Source of the DNA: Patescibacteria group bacterium
Lineage (GTDB): Bacteria > Patescibacteriota > Minisyncoccia > UBA6257 > 2-01-FULL-56-20
Length of the DNA: 64,000 nt
Assembly: GCA_038063755.1 (NCBI GenBank)
Contig: JBBTUL010000012.1
Coordinates: 64,572-128,571 of the forward strand
Direction: 5' to 3'
Part shown: positions 46,910-56,121 of the stretch, in pieces
How the letters are laid out: every line of letters begins with the position of its first letter
How positions within the stretch are numbered: position 1 is the first letter of the stretch
Made by a program: the position numbers and the translations under genes
The notes under the pieces: generated by a model
What the model was told of the DNA's origin: nothing
Seen by the model: the letters and a program-made list of their open reading frames with translations, nothing else
Databases searched by the model: none

Positions 46910-48195
46910 GATTGCTCCTCGCACCGCGGAAGCTCGACGTGTTCGATCTGGTAACGTCCGGGGTGGTCTACTACGCGAGCGCGTATCTTTTTCCGCTCGT
47001 CGTTTTTTTTCACCTTCCCACAAAATACTTCGATTTTTCGAGCGCTGCATGGAGCCCCGCGACACTCCTTTACGTAACCGGAGGACTTTTGGCTTTCTTG
47101 GTTGGCTCCGTGACTGCCCCCCGAGGGACGGTGCGCTGGGTGCTTGGCGCGACAAAATTTATTGCGAGACCCTGGAGTCCCGGCCGGAGGACGATCGTCT
47201 ATGCGGGATCGGCCGTCGCCACAGTTCTCTTCTGTGCGGTGTGGTTGTGGGGAGGATCGTATTTTCATCTCGATCCTCAGGGCGTGGGAAAAATCGGCGT
47301 GCGATTCTATTCCCTCATCGGATCTCTTCGTTGGCTTTTCCTCGTGACACTCTTGGTGCTTACATTCGAGCGGTTTTTTACCGCACTCCGCGAGGGCGGC
47401 AAAGAAGTCTCTCGACTGCGGATTATTGCGTGGACTCTTCTCCTTGCGGCCGCCTGCTACGGCTTCTTCTCCGCATCCCGCTATTCGGTGCTCTTCCCGT
47501 TTTTCTCTTACATGATCGTTCGCCACTATTACTGGAGGAAATATATGATTCGGGATATCGCGTCCATCGCGCTCCTCGTGATGGTGGGGATGGCGCTCAT
47601 CAATATCTATAAAGAACCGAATATCTGGCTCACCTCGTACCGCCCGAACAACGCATCGCGGACGATTGCGGCAACGCAGTACGTAGTAGACAACAGCATC
47701 GGACGGATAAGTCCGTACGCGGTACTCGAAAAAATATTCACTCCTCATAAGGAATATCGAGGGACGACCCCCGCGAACTTTCTGATCAACATTGCCATTC
47801 CCCGTATTTTATGGAAAGAGAAACCCGTCATGAGCCCCGACGGAAACGCGTTCGGGAGGGCGCTTGGCATCTTGCAGCCGGACGACTACCGGACAACGGT
47901 TGCGCCAACCATGATGGGTGATTTTTATCTAGGCTTCGGCTTGTGGGGGATGTTTTTCGCGATGTTTTGCCTGGGATTTGTATTCAGAGTATTGGCGCGA
48001 GTTTTTCTCGGAGGAGGGGGAGCAAGCCCGACCGGCATTCTTGTATATGTGGTGTTATGGCTTCAGCTTGTGAAGGGAATGGAGGATTGGGCCTCTCCTG
48101 TTTTCGCCGGGACAATAAAAATGATTGCTATCCTCCTTATTGTCCACCTCTTTGCGATGAAACGGATGGTGCCCGCAACCCCGGCTACTTCGTAA
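46906..48195 (+). CDS. Wzy-like polysaccharide polymerase (multi-TM)
   Basis: About 10 TMs, IPRILWKEKP and GDFYLGFG loop motifs; ATGA overlap. Confidence 0.75.
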   Translation: MRLLLAPRKLDVFDLVTSGVVYYASAYLFPLVVFFHLPTKYFDFSSAAWSPATLLYVTGGLLAFLVGSVTAPRGTVRWVLGATKFIARPWSPGRRTIVYAGSAVATVLFCAVWLWGGSYFHLDPQGVGKIGVRFYSLIGSLRWLFLVTLLVLTFERFFTALREGGKEVSRLRIIAWTLLLAAACYGFFSASRYSVLFPFFSYMIVRHYYWRKYMIRDIASIALLVMVGMALINIYKEPNIWLTSYRPNNASRTIAATQYVVDNSIGRISPYAVLEKIFTPHKEYRGTTPANFLINIAIPRILWKEKPVMSPDGNAFGRALGILQPDDYRTTVAPTMMGDFYLGFGLWGMFFAMFCLGFVFRVLARVFLGGGGASPTGILVYVVLWLQLVKGMEDWASPVFAGTIKMIAILLIVHLFAMKRMVPATPATS

Positions 48196-50149
48196 TTCGA
48201 TCGATAAATTCGAGCGCAGGTATAGTGTCTTCAATCGAGACCGGAGTTTGTTCGTGAGGGTCTTTCACTGCTCGAACGAAGAGGCGATAGAGCTCCTCGT
48301 GTGATGTAGGGGGCTTTCGAAATCGCGAAACAGCATATGCAATAATCGTGCGCAGTTCATGCACAAGTCTCGTTGCAGGAGTCGGAGATCCCGAAAGGCA
48401 CTCAAGGCTTTCGGGGTAGAAATGAAGCTTGTATACAACGTCTTTCTTTACGAATTCAAGCCATGTTGCCGCGTATGGAGGGTGAAGACGCAGGTCAATA
48501 TCTACCGAGATTCCGCGGTCCGTTTTTGCTCTTGCAAGCACCCTCCGAAGGGTTTTGTGGTCTCCGCCTCGCGCAGTTTCAAGATGCTCTACGTCAACCA
48601 CCCTTCCCCCAAACTCTGCTACGAGATCAAGAAAGTGATATGCCATTTCGTGAGTGAGGGCATTTTTAAACTCTTCACGCCAGCTTTTTGCGCTTTGTAT
48701 CGTTGGTCCGCTCCAGAACCGCAGAGAAATTGATTCCAGCGGTTCCCCGATGGTTTCGGAAAGGGCCCGACGGAGGGCGAGTACGTTTCTGCGGAAACGG
48801 TAGTTGTTCACCACGCACACTCGGACACCATGTTCTTTCGCTAGGACGTCAAGATCGAGCGCCTCGCGTAGTTTATGAGAGACTGGTTTTTCAACGAGTA
48901 CGTGAATTCCTCTTGCGACGAATTCTTTTGCGAGGGGAACGTGTGTGTCTGGCGGGGTTACTATAACCGCAAAATCGACAGACTGCCCGCTTAGCTCTTC
49001 CGAAGTCTCAAGCACAGATGCATTCGGGAAGAATTTATTCCTAACCTCCATCGCTCTTCCTCGATCTGCATCATAGAGCGCTTGCACCTTGATGCGTGGT
49101 ATGCGTTGGATTGCCGGAGCATGAAGCGTTTGCGTCGCAAAACCGCAACCAATGATCGCGATTCGTACATCGCCAGAAGAAAGATCAGCAGCACCTTTTA
49201 TGGCTGTGTTGAGGGGGGTTTTCGGATTCCACCCTGTCTTTTGCATCAATTTCTGCGGTGAGTAAAAGACATCTTTTTGCATGCGCGAAAAAAGATAGGC
49301 AATCCTTCCGATGCGCCCGTGTTTCGAAAAAAGCGATCCGAACACGGTTATGGGCGCAAAAAGAATTCGTGGAACGGGGATAAATCGAACGGGTATCTTG
49401 GAGTGAAGATTGTATTCTTCAACGATTGATCGAACAGTCGGCTGTTCGGTGCTTACAACGTTATATATCGCAGACCCTTCGTTTGCCTCAAGACAGGCCA
49501 AGATCGCACCGTATACATCATTTACATGCACATAGGGCATTCTCTTGTTTGCGGTCCCTGGCGCAATGCAAAAATTCTTGAAAAAAAATCCGCAACCGAT
49601 AAGCGGAGCCTTCATGTTTTCTGCGTAAATAAGTCCAGCTCGCAAGATGTCGACCGGCACTCGTAGGGTGGCAAGGCGAGAAGTAAATACATTTTCTCCA
49701 AGAAGTTTGGAGTGTGCATACCATCCGCGTAATTCAGGATGCGGTTCAAGCGCATGATTTTCAGTTACGACATTTTCGTTTTCGCTCGAAAAAAGATCGT
49801 AGATGCCGACCGAGCTCATGACAAGCAGCCGCTCAATGCCGTATTTCTCAGCGAGGGACAGGAGGGTTTCTGATCCAGTGACGGTCGTCTGATGGTAATC
49901 GGTCCATCTTCCTCGTGTGCCGGCAGCGAGGTGGACGATGATATCAGACGCTTTTACAAAGGGCTCAAGCTGTGTCGCCTCCGCAATGTCGCCTTCAAAA
50001 ATACGGAGCGGAACCCCTTTTGTCGCAAGGAAGGCTATTTTTGATCGATCTCGGACGTATACATTAACCGCGTACCCGTCGGCGAGAAAGCGAGAGACGA
50101 GATGTTTTCCAACGAATCCGCTGGCTCCAGTTATGCCTATTCGCTTCAT
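48185..50149 (-). CDS. NAD-dependent epimerase/dehydratase fused to a Gfo/Idh/MocA oxidoreductase
   Basis: TGASGFVG and YAHSK in the N-half; IIGCG and LVEKP in the C-half. Confidence 0.88.
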   Translation of the reverse strand: MKRIGITGASGFVGKHLVSRFLADGYAVNVYVRDRSKIAFLATKGVPLRIFEGDIAEATQLEPFVKASDIIVHLAAGTRGRWTDYHQTTVTGSETLLSLAEKYGIERLLVMSSVGIYDLFSSENENVVTENHALEPHPELRGWYAHSKLLGENVFTSRLATLRVPVDILRAGLIYAENMKAPLIGCGFFFKNFCIAPGTANKRMPYVHVNDVYGAILACLEANEGSAIYNVVSTEQPTVRSIVEEYNLHSKIPVRFIPVPRILFAPITVFGSLFSKHGRIGRIAYLFSRMQKDVFYSPQKLMQKTGWNPKTPLNTAIKGAADLSSGDVRIAIIGCGFATQTLHAPAIQRIPRIKVQALYDADRGRAMEVRNKFFPNASVLETSEELSGQSVDFAVIVTPPDTHVPLAKEFVARGIHVLVEKPVSHKLREALDLDVLAKEHGVRVCVVNNYRFRRNVLALRRALSETIGEPLESISLRFWSGPTIQSAKSWREEFKNALTHEMAYHFLDLVAEFGGRVVDVEHLETARGGDHKTLRRVLARAKTDRGISVDIDLRLHPPYAATWLEFVKKDVVYKLHFYPESLECLSGSPTPATRLVHELRTIIAYAVSRFRKPPTSHEELYRLFVRAVKDPHEQTPVSIEDTIPALEFIDRITK

Positions 50150-50228
50150 ACGGATACATGGTACTCCAAAAACTCACAGGGAGACAATCTTGTCGTTAAG
50201 ACCCCGCCATGAGAGGATAATAATGCGC

Positions 50229-51419
50229 ATGAAAGTACTTCATATCGTTTCGTTTTATGCCCCCGCGTATCGCTACGGTGGGCCAATAGGATCTGTCCAT
50301 GGGCTCAATAAGGCCCTCGTAAAGAAAGGCGTGGACGTGACGGTCTACACCACCAACATGGACGGAGGCGGGGCGCTTCCACTTCCAGCAAATACTCCGA
50401 TAGATCGCGACGGAGTGCATGTGCACTATTTTGAGCCCTCGCCGGGAGGGCGATGGTGGGAATATTCCCACCGCCTTCATAGAACCATGAAGGCAACCGT
50501 CAAAAATTTCGATGTTGTTCATATCACGGGAGTGTTTCGCGCCGCATCTTTCGTGGGTGCCCGAACCGCAAAAAAAAATAACATACCGTATCTTATCTCG
50601 CCCAGAGGGACGCTTATGGAAAAGCCACTCACGCTCCATCACTCGCTCGGAAAAAAGATATACCTTTCCTTTTTTGAGAAATATAATCTTTCGCATGCCG
50701 CGGCGATCCATTTTACGGTCCCAAGAGAAGAAGAGGAGTATGTCGCCGCAGGCCTACCGCTTCGAAAAAGCGTAATCATCCCCAACAGCATTGACGGCGA
50801 GACGTTCCCAAAAAATCCCGGGGACGGGAGGTTTCGGAAAAGCCTCCATGTTTCGGAAAAAACACCAATCGTCCTTTTCTTGGGAAGATTGAACTGGAAA
50901 AAAGGGTTCGACACGCTCATCCCCGCATGGAAGGAGGTTCGCGAGAAACATGCGGACGCGTTACTCGTTATCGCGGGAGGGGACGACGAAGGGTATCGAA
51001 CAAAAATCGAGGACATGATCCATGATGCGGGCGTACGGGATTCGGTGGTGTTTACGGGAATGCTCGAAGGCGAAGATCGCGTCGCGGCGTTTTCGGAATC
51101 CGACATATTTATACTTCCTTCATACTCCGAGAATTTCGGGATGGCTCCCGTGGAGGCGGCGTACTTCGGTCTTCCGGTCATAGTGACGGACGGGGTTGGC
51201 ATCGCCCCCGACATTGAAGCGTTCAAGGCGGGACTCGTGGTTCCCAAAGAAGTTGCCGCCGTTTCGAACGCCATTACGGGCCTCTTAAGCGACGTCGGAC
51301 GGCGCCGCAATATGGGCGAGGCGGGGAAGCACCTGGTTGAATCCCGGTTTCGTACGGAGGCGGTCGCCGACCGGTTTATCGAGGTCTATAATGAACTCAA
51401 AGACGGAAAAAGAACATGA
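50229..51419 (+). CDS. GT4 glycosyltransferase
   Basis: YGGP, PSYSENFGMAPVEA. Confidence 0.92.
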   Translation: MKVLHIVSFYAPAYRYGGPIGSVHGLNKALVKKGVDVTVYTTNMDGGGALPLPANTPIDRDGVHVHYFEPSPGGRWWEYSHRLHRTMKATVKNFDVVHITGVFRAASFVGARTAKKNNIPYLISPRGTLMEKPLTLHHSLGKKIYLSFFEKYNLSHAAAIHFTVPREEEEYVAAGLPLRKSVIIPNSIDGETFPKNPGDGRFRKSLHVSEKTPIVLFLGRLNWKKGFDTLIPAWKEVREKHADALLVIAGGDDEGYRTKIEDMIHDAGVRDSVVFTGMLEGEDRVAAFSESDIFILPSYSENFGMAPVEAAYFGLPVIVTDGVGIAPDIEAFKAGLVVPKEVAAVSNAITGLLSDVGRRRNMGEAGKHLVESRFRTEAVADRFIEVYNELKDGKRT

Positions 51420-52282
51420 AGAAACTTCCGATCACGGTCATCATTCTCACGCGAGATGAAGAGATTCATCTCGAACGCTGTCTCGAAAACATTGTGCCTC
51501 ACGCCGAGCGGGTTCATGTTGTCGACTGGGGAAGCGTGGACAAGACGAGAGAGATCGCAAAGCGATTTGGTGCGGTAATCACCGAGCACGAATTCGTGCA
51601 CCAGGCGGATCAATTCAATTGGGCGCTCGACCACCTCTTAATTGAAACTCCCTGGATATTGCGTCTTGACGCGGATGAGTACTGCACTGCGGAGTTGTGG
51701 AAAGAGATCGGGGAGAGCATCGGGGCCGCGCCCGAAGGAACTTCCGGGTTTTACATAAAACGTCGGGTTTACTTTATGGGGCGGTGGATCCGCCACGGAG
51801 GATATTATCCTTCCTGGTTCTTGCGCTTGTTTCGGAAAGGTATGGCACGATACGAAGAGCGAGAGATGGACGAACACCTACTTCTAGAGTCCGGCGGCGC
51901 GGGATTCTTAAAAAACGATTTTGTGGATTGGAACTTGAAGGGGCTCGCGGATTGGACCGCGAAACACAACGGATATTCGACTCGTGAAGTTGCCGCCCGA
52001 CTTCGGGAGGAGAGCGAAGGATTTACCGCAAGCGGCAGCGAAGGACAGGCCGCGAGAAAAAAGTGGATGAAGCATAACATATACGGACGTCTCCCGCTCT
52101 TTATCCGCCCGTTCATCTATTTTGTCTATCGATACGTTTTCCGTCTCGGATTTCTGGACGGTGTTCCCGGTTTTGCATTCCACGTACTGCAGGGTTTTTG
52201 GCATCAGTTTTTGATCGACGTGAAGCTTCATGAGGCGAAATATATCGCGAATGAAAAGAAGGAGAAAGCGTCTAATAAGTGA
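51416..52282 (+). CDS. GT2 glycosyltransferase
   Basis: IILTRDEE, WILRLDADE, GFLDG. Confidence 0.92.
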   Translation: MKKLPITVIILTRDEEIHLERCLENIVPHAERVHVVDWGSVDKTREIAKRFGAVITEHEFVHQADQFNWALDHLLIETPWILRLDADEYCTAELWKEIGESIGAAPEGTSGFYIKRRVYFMGRWIRHGGYYPSWFLRLFRKGMARYEEREMDEHLLLESGGAGFLKNDFVDWNLKGLADWTAKHNGYSTREVAARLREESEGFTASGSEGQAARKKWMKHNIYGRLPLFIRPFIYFVYRYVFRLGFLDGVPGFAFHVLQGFWHQFLIDVKLHEAKYIANEKKEKASNK

Positions 52283-52351
52283 TACAGGACCCTCGAGAGG
52301 GCTCGCAATTATTATCTAAAGTGCAGTTGCGTCGGTCGTTTTAAGCCTTGA

Positions 52352-53590
52352 TCAAGCCAGAGTTTTTGAGATAAAAACCTCTTTCAGGAGTTTTTCCAAA
52401 TGGGCCGATATTTTCTTTCGGTCATAGTGCTGTTCTGCATATCTGCGCCCGTTACTTCCCAGCTTTTTTGCGAACGATGGATCGTGATAAATCTTTAGAA
52501 TCGATTCTTTCAAAGATTCGGGACTTTCTGGTTCTGCGATCAAACCACAATTTGCAGCTTTGATAATCGCGGCTCCCTCGCCGTCTAGGTTGATAATAAT
52601 CGGCTTTTCCGCGGACATGTAGTCGAACATCTTTGATGGTAGTACATCTCTGAAAAGCGCCTCATTTTTATAAGGAATTATGGCCACACCAGCTCGAGAT
52701 GCGAAGGCCGGCATCTCGGCGCGGGGACGTTCTCCGGTAAAAATGACATTTTTAAGACTATATTTTTGCGCCAGCTCTTCGCACTGTTTTTTTAGAGCTC
52801 CTTCGCCGACAACCAGAAACACGACATCGTTTTTATCCTTCAGGAGGTTCGCCGCTTCGATCACGACGTACGGGGCCTGCGCGAGTCCAAGAAGACCGGT
52901 GTACAGAACCACAAATTTATCTTTCAGGCCATAACGTTTCTCTATTTCCGCGTAATCCACGCCCGCGCGAAACAGGTCCAGCTCCGCTCCATTAGTAAGA
53001 AGGGTCATTTTTTCCTGCGACACCCCTTTTTCAATATGCAGGCGCTTAATGATGCCCTGAGCGTTTGCTACCACCGCCACGCTTTGTCGATAAATCGTCT
53101 TTTCGATCACCTCAACAAATCGGAAGGCAATATTTTTCTTGAGCATGCCGACCGCGACAGCGGAATCGGGCCAAATATCTCGGATTTCCGAAATCAACGG
53201 TATGCGTCTCAATTTTGCTACGAGCGCTCCGGCAAAAAGCCCGAAAAGAGGAGGAGATGTAGCGAAAACAACATCCGCTTTTTTTACCCGCATACCCGCC
53301 ATGAAGGAGGAAAAGAAAAACGATACATAATTCAAGACTCTAAACAGAAATGATTTTTTCGTGGTTATCCAAACCCAGGATCGAACTACCTGTACGCCTC
53401 CCCAGCTTTCTCTTTGAAAAAACCCATTCTTGTATCCAGGAAACAATACGCCCTTGGGGTAGTTGGGAGCTTCACAGATTACGGTCACATCGTGTCCGGC
53501 ACCTGCGAGGTGTTTCGCAAAAAACCCGAGACGATGCGCCGGAGCATTTGTTTCTGGTGGGAAATACTGGGTGAAAATGAGAACCTTCAT
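52352..53590 (-). CDS. GT4 glycosyltransferase (WbuB-like)
   Basis: TQYFPPE, PNYPKG, RDIWPDS, PSKMFDYM. Confidence 0.92.
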   Translation of the reverse strand: MKVLIFTQYFPPETNAPAHRLGFFAKHLAGAGHDVTVICEAPNYPKGVLFPGYKNGFFQRESWGGVQVVRSWVWITTKKSFLFRVLNYVSFFFSSFMAGMRVKKADVVFATSPPLFGLFAGALVAKLRRIPLISEIRDIWPDSAVAVGMLKKNIAFRFVEVIEKTIYRQSVAVVANAQGIIKRLHIEKGVSQEKMTLLTNGAELDLFRAGVDYAEIEKRYGLKDKFVVLYTGLLGLAQAPYVVIEAANLLKDKNDVVFLVVGEGALKKQCEELAQKYSLKNVIFTGERPRAEMPAFASRAGVAIIPYKNEALFRDVLPSKMFDYMSAEKPIIINLDGEGAAIIKAANCGLIAEPESPESLKESILKIYHDPSFAKKLGSNGRRYAEQHYDRKKISAHLEKLLKEVFISKTLA

Positions 53591-53662
53591 TTAGTTATTA
53601 ATTCTTGGTAACTTTTACCAGATTGTCAAAATCTCCAAGTTTCTGTATCGTTCATAGTATTC

Positions 53663-54937
53663 ATGAAGGACAGAAAAAAAACAACAATTAGCGTAATTGG
53701 CCTTGGTTATATGGGTCTCCCGATGGCGTGTCTGCTGGCCAAGCAGGGTTTCAACGTTGTGGGGGTTGATGTCGACCGCGACAAAATCAAAAAATTGCAG
53801 AAGGGGAAGATGATATTCCACGAGCCAGGACTCGCGACTCTTTTTAGAAGGAATCGGAAGCGGATATCGTTTCACTCAAAGCCAGCGTCAGCTGACGTTT
53901 TTATTGTCGCAGTGCCGACACCGATCACTCAAAAAAAGAGAGCAGATCTCTCTTTTGTGAAAAGCGCCGTGCGCTCAATTGTGCCGGTTTTAAGAGAGGG
54001 AAACCTGGTGATTATTGAATCCACGGTTGCGCCCGGGACTTCGTCCGGCGTAGTGAAGAGGATTCTCGACAAGAAGAAATTCAGATACGCCCTTGCGCAT
54101 TGTCCTGAAAGAGCCTTTCCGGGAAGAACTCTTAAGGAGATGATAGAGAACTACCGCGTGATAGGCGGACTTGATCAGGGCTCAGGAGAGATGGCAAAGC
54201 GGATCTATAAAACATTCGTGAAGGGCAATATATTTCTTACAGACCTTACTACCGCAGAAACGGTGAAACTCCTCGAGAATTCATATCGCGATGTAAACAT
54301 CGCATTTGCCAATGAAATGGCGAAGCTCGCTCACCGCATAGGTATTAACATGTGGGAGGCAATTCGTCTTGCCAACTACCACCCGCGCGTCAACATTCAC
54401 GTTCCTGGGCCGGGTGTCGGTGGACACTGCATCCCTCTTGATCCTTGGTTTTTGGTAGACGTGGCGCGCAAGGAATCCCCGCTTTTGAAGAAGTCGTTAT
54501 TATTGAACGAGCAAATGCCCTTGTTTGTGGCACAGCTTGCGGCTGATCATGTCCGTAAATATGGACTCAAGATAAAACGTTTTGGCATCTTGGGTGTGGC
54601 GTATAAGAAGAACGTTGACGATGCCAGAGAAACTCCGGCGCTCCGACTTGCCGAAGAGTTCAAGCGTCGCGGATATGAGGTTCGCTGTGCTGACCCCTAC
54701 GTCAAGCACTTTCCGCATCCGCTCGTGAAACAAGACGATCTCATCCGTTGGGCGGACGCTCTCGTGATAGTCACGGACCACGACATATACAAGGAGGCAA
54801 AGCTGTCCTCGGAGAATATTAAGCTCGTCATAGATACGAGAAATATGTTGAGCGACAGACAGAGAAAAGCCCTTGTTGGCGCCCACGTCATTCTCCTTGG
54901 CGCGGGGGAAGAAAAAATCACCCATGGCAGAGCATAA
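53663..54937 (+). CDS. wecC: UDP-N-acetyl-D-mannosamine dehydrogenase (nucleotide-sugar dehydrogenase)
   Basis: GLGYMGLP, HCPER, ENSYRDVNIAFANE, PGPGVGGHC; next to wecB. Confidence 0.85.
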   Translation: MKDRKKTTISVIGLGYMGLPMACLLAKQGFNVVGVDVDRDKIKKLQKGKMIFHEPGLATLFRRNRKRISFHSKPASADVFIVAVPTPITQKKRADLSFVKSAVRSIVPVLREGNLVIIESTVAPGTSSGVVKRILDKKKFRYALAHCPERAFPGRTLKEMIENYRVIGGLDQGSGEMAKRIYKTFVKGNIFLTDLTTAETVKLLENSYRDVNIAFANEMAKLAHRIGINMWEAIRLANYHPRVNIHVPGPGVGGHCIPLDPWFLVDVARKESPLLKKSLLLNEQMPLFVAQLAADHVRKYGLKIKRFGILGVAYKKNVDDARETPALRLAEEFKRRGYEVRCADPYVKHFPHPLVKQDDLIRWADALVIVTDHDIYKEAKLSSENIKLVIDTRNMLSDRQRKALVGAHVILLGAGEEKITHGRA

Positions 54938-56117
54938 ATCGACTAGGAAAGTTGCTGTGGTTTTCGGCACTAGGCCGGAAGCGATCAAGCTCGTCCCGGT
55001 GATACGCGAGCTTCAGCATCACGACCGGATTAAGCTTTTTACGTGCGTTTTCTGGCAGCATAAAAAAATGTTGCAACAAGTACTGGGTGTGTTCGATATC
55101 ATCCCAACCCACCAGATACCATTCCCCCTGGGCGACAAAGGAATATGGGGATCCGGCGGGATTTTGAAAACCGTATTGAACGGTCCTCGGCTCGGGTACG
55201 GACTTTTTAAATTCTTTTCTTTTTTGCGCCGGGAGCGTCCCGATCTGCTTATCGTCCAGGGAGACACCTCAACGGCATTTCTTGCGGCATTCCTGGCATT
55301 TCATTTCAGAATTTCCATCATGCACGTTGAAGCGGGACTGCGCACATTCGACAAATACGCTCCATTTCCCGAGGAGATAAATCGACGACTTATTAGTGTT
55401 CTTGCGGATATTCACTGTGCGCCCACGGATCACGCCAGAGAAAATCTTGTGCGTGAGCAAGTTCCCGAGAGCTCGATATTCGTCACTGGAAACACCGCGC
55501 TTGATGCCTTGCGGATTATTCTCAAATCGGAAAAGCGTGAGGATTTTCGAAGGTGGGAGAGCTTGCTTCTTGCAAAGGGACAGAACCTCCGAGGAGGCAA
55601 GAAGTTATTGCTAATCACGGCGCATCGTCGGGAGAGCTTCGGAGAAGGCCTCGAGAATATCTGTGGAGCCATCAGGCAGATTGCGACTTTGCGATCCGAC
55701 GTAATTTTCTTATACCCCGTGCACCTGAACCCGAATGTCCAAAAAGTCGTTCGCGAAAAACTGTCGGGCATCTCAAACGTGATCCTCACAGAACCTCTCT
55801 CATATGAAATATTCTCTTTTCTAATGGATGCGGCATATCTGATTCTGACCGATTCGGGGGGGATACAGGAAGAGGTTTCGTTTCTCGGCAAGCCGATATT
55901 GGTGTTGCGCGAAAAGACCGAGCGTCCCGAAGGGATTACGGCCGGCAATGCCATGCTTGTCGGGGCAAACAAAGAAAGGATTGTCCGTGAAGTTCTCCGC
56001 CTTCTCGACGATACCGATCAGTACCGGTTTTTTGCGAGAAAACACACCGCATTTGGTGATGGTCATGCCGCAGAAAGAATCGGAGTGATCATTGAAAGCT
56101 TCTTTGGGGTAGAATAA
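54924..56117 (+). CDS. wecB: UDP-N-acetylglucosamine 2-epimerase (non-hydrolysing)
   Basis: FGTRPEAIK, VQGDT, HVEAGLRT, PEEINR, TDSGGIQEE. Confidence 0.95.
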   Translation: MAEHKSTRKVAVVFGTRPEAIKLVPVIRELQHHDRIKLFTCVFWQHKKMLQQVLGVFDIIPTHQIPFPLGDKGIWGSGGILKTVLNGPRLGYGLFKFFSFLRRERPDLLIVQGDTSTAFLAAFLAFHFRISIMHVEAGLRTFDKYAPFPEEINRRLISVLADIHCAPTDHARENLVREQVPESSIFVTGNTALDALRIILKSEKREDFRRWESLLLAKGQNLRGGKKLLLITAHRRESFGEGLENICGAIRQIATLRSDVIFLYPVHLNPNVQKVVREKLSGISNVILTEPLSYEIFSFLMDAAYLILTDSGGIQEEVSFLGKPILVLREKTERPEGITAGNAMLVGANKERIVREVLRLLDDTDQYRFFARKHTAFGDGHAAERIGVIIESFFGVE

Positions 56118-56121
56118 TAGG

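Noticed and set aside
52283-53662. Invertible segment around the reversed GT4
   Set aside because: No inverted repeats were seen in the flanks and there is no recombinase.
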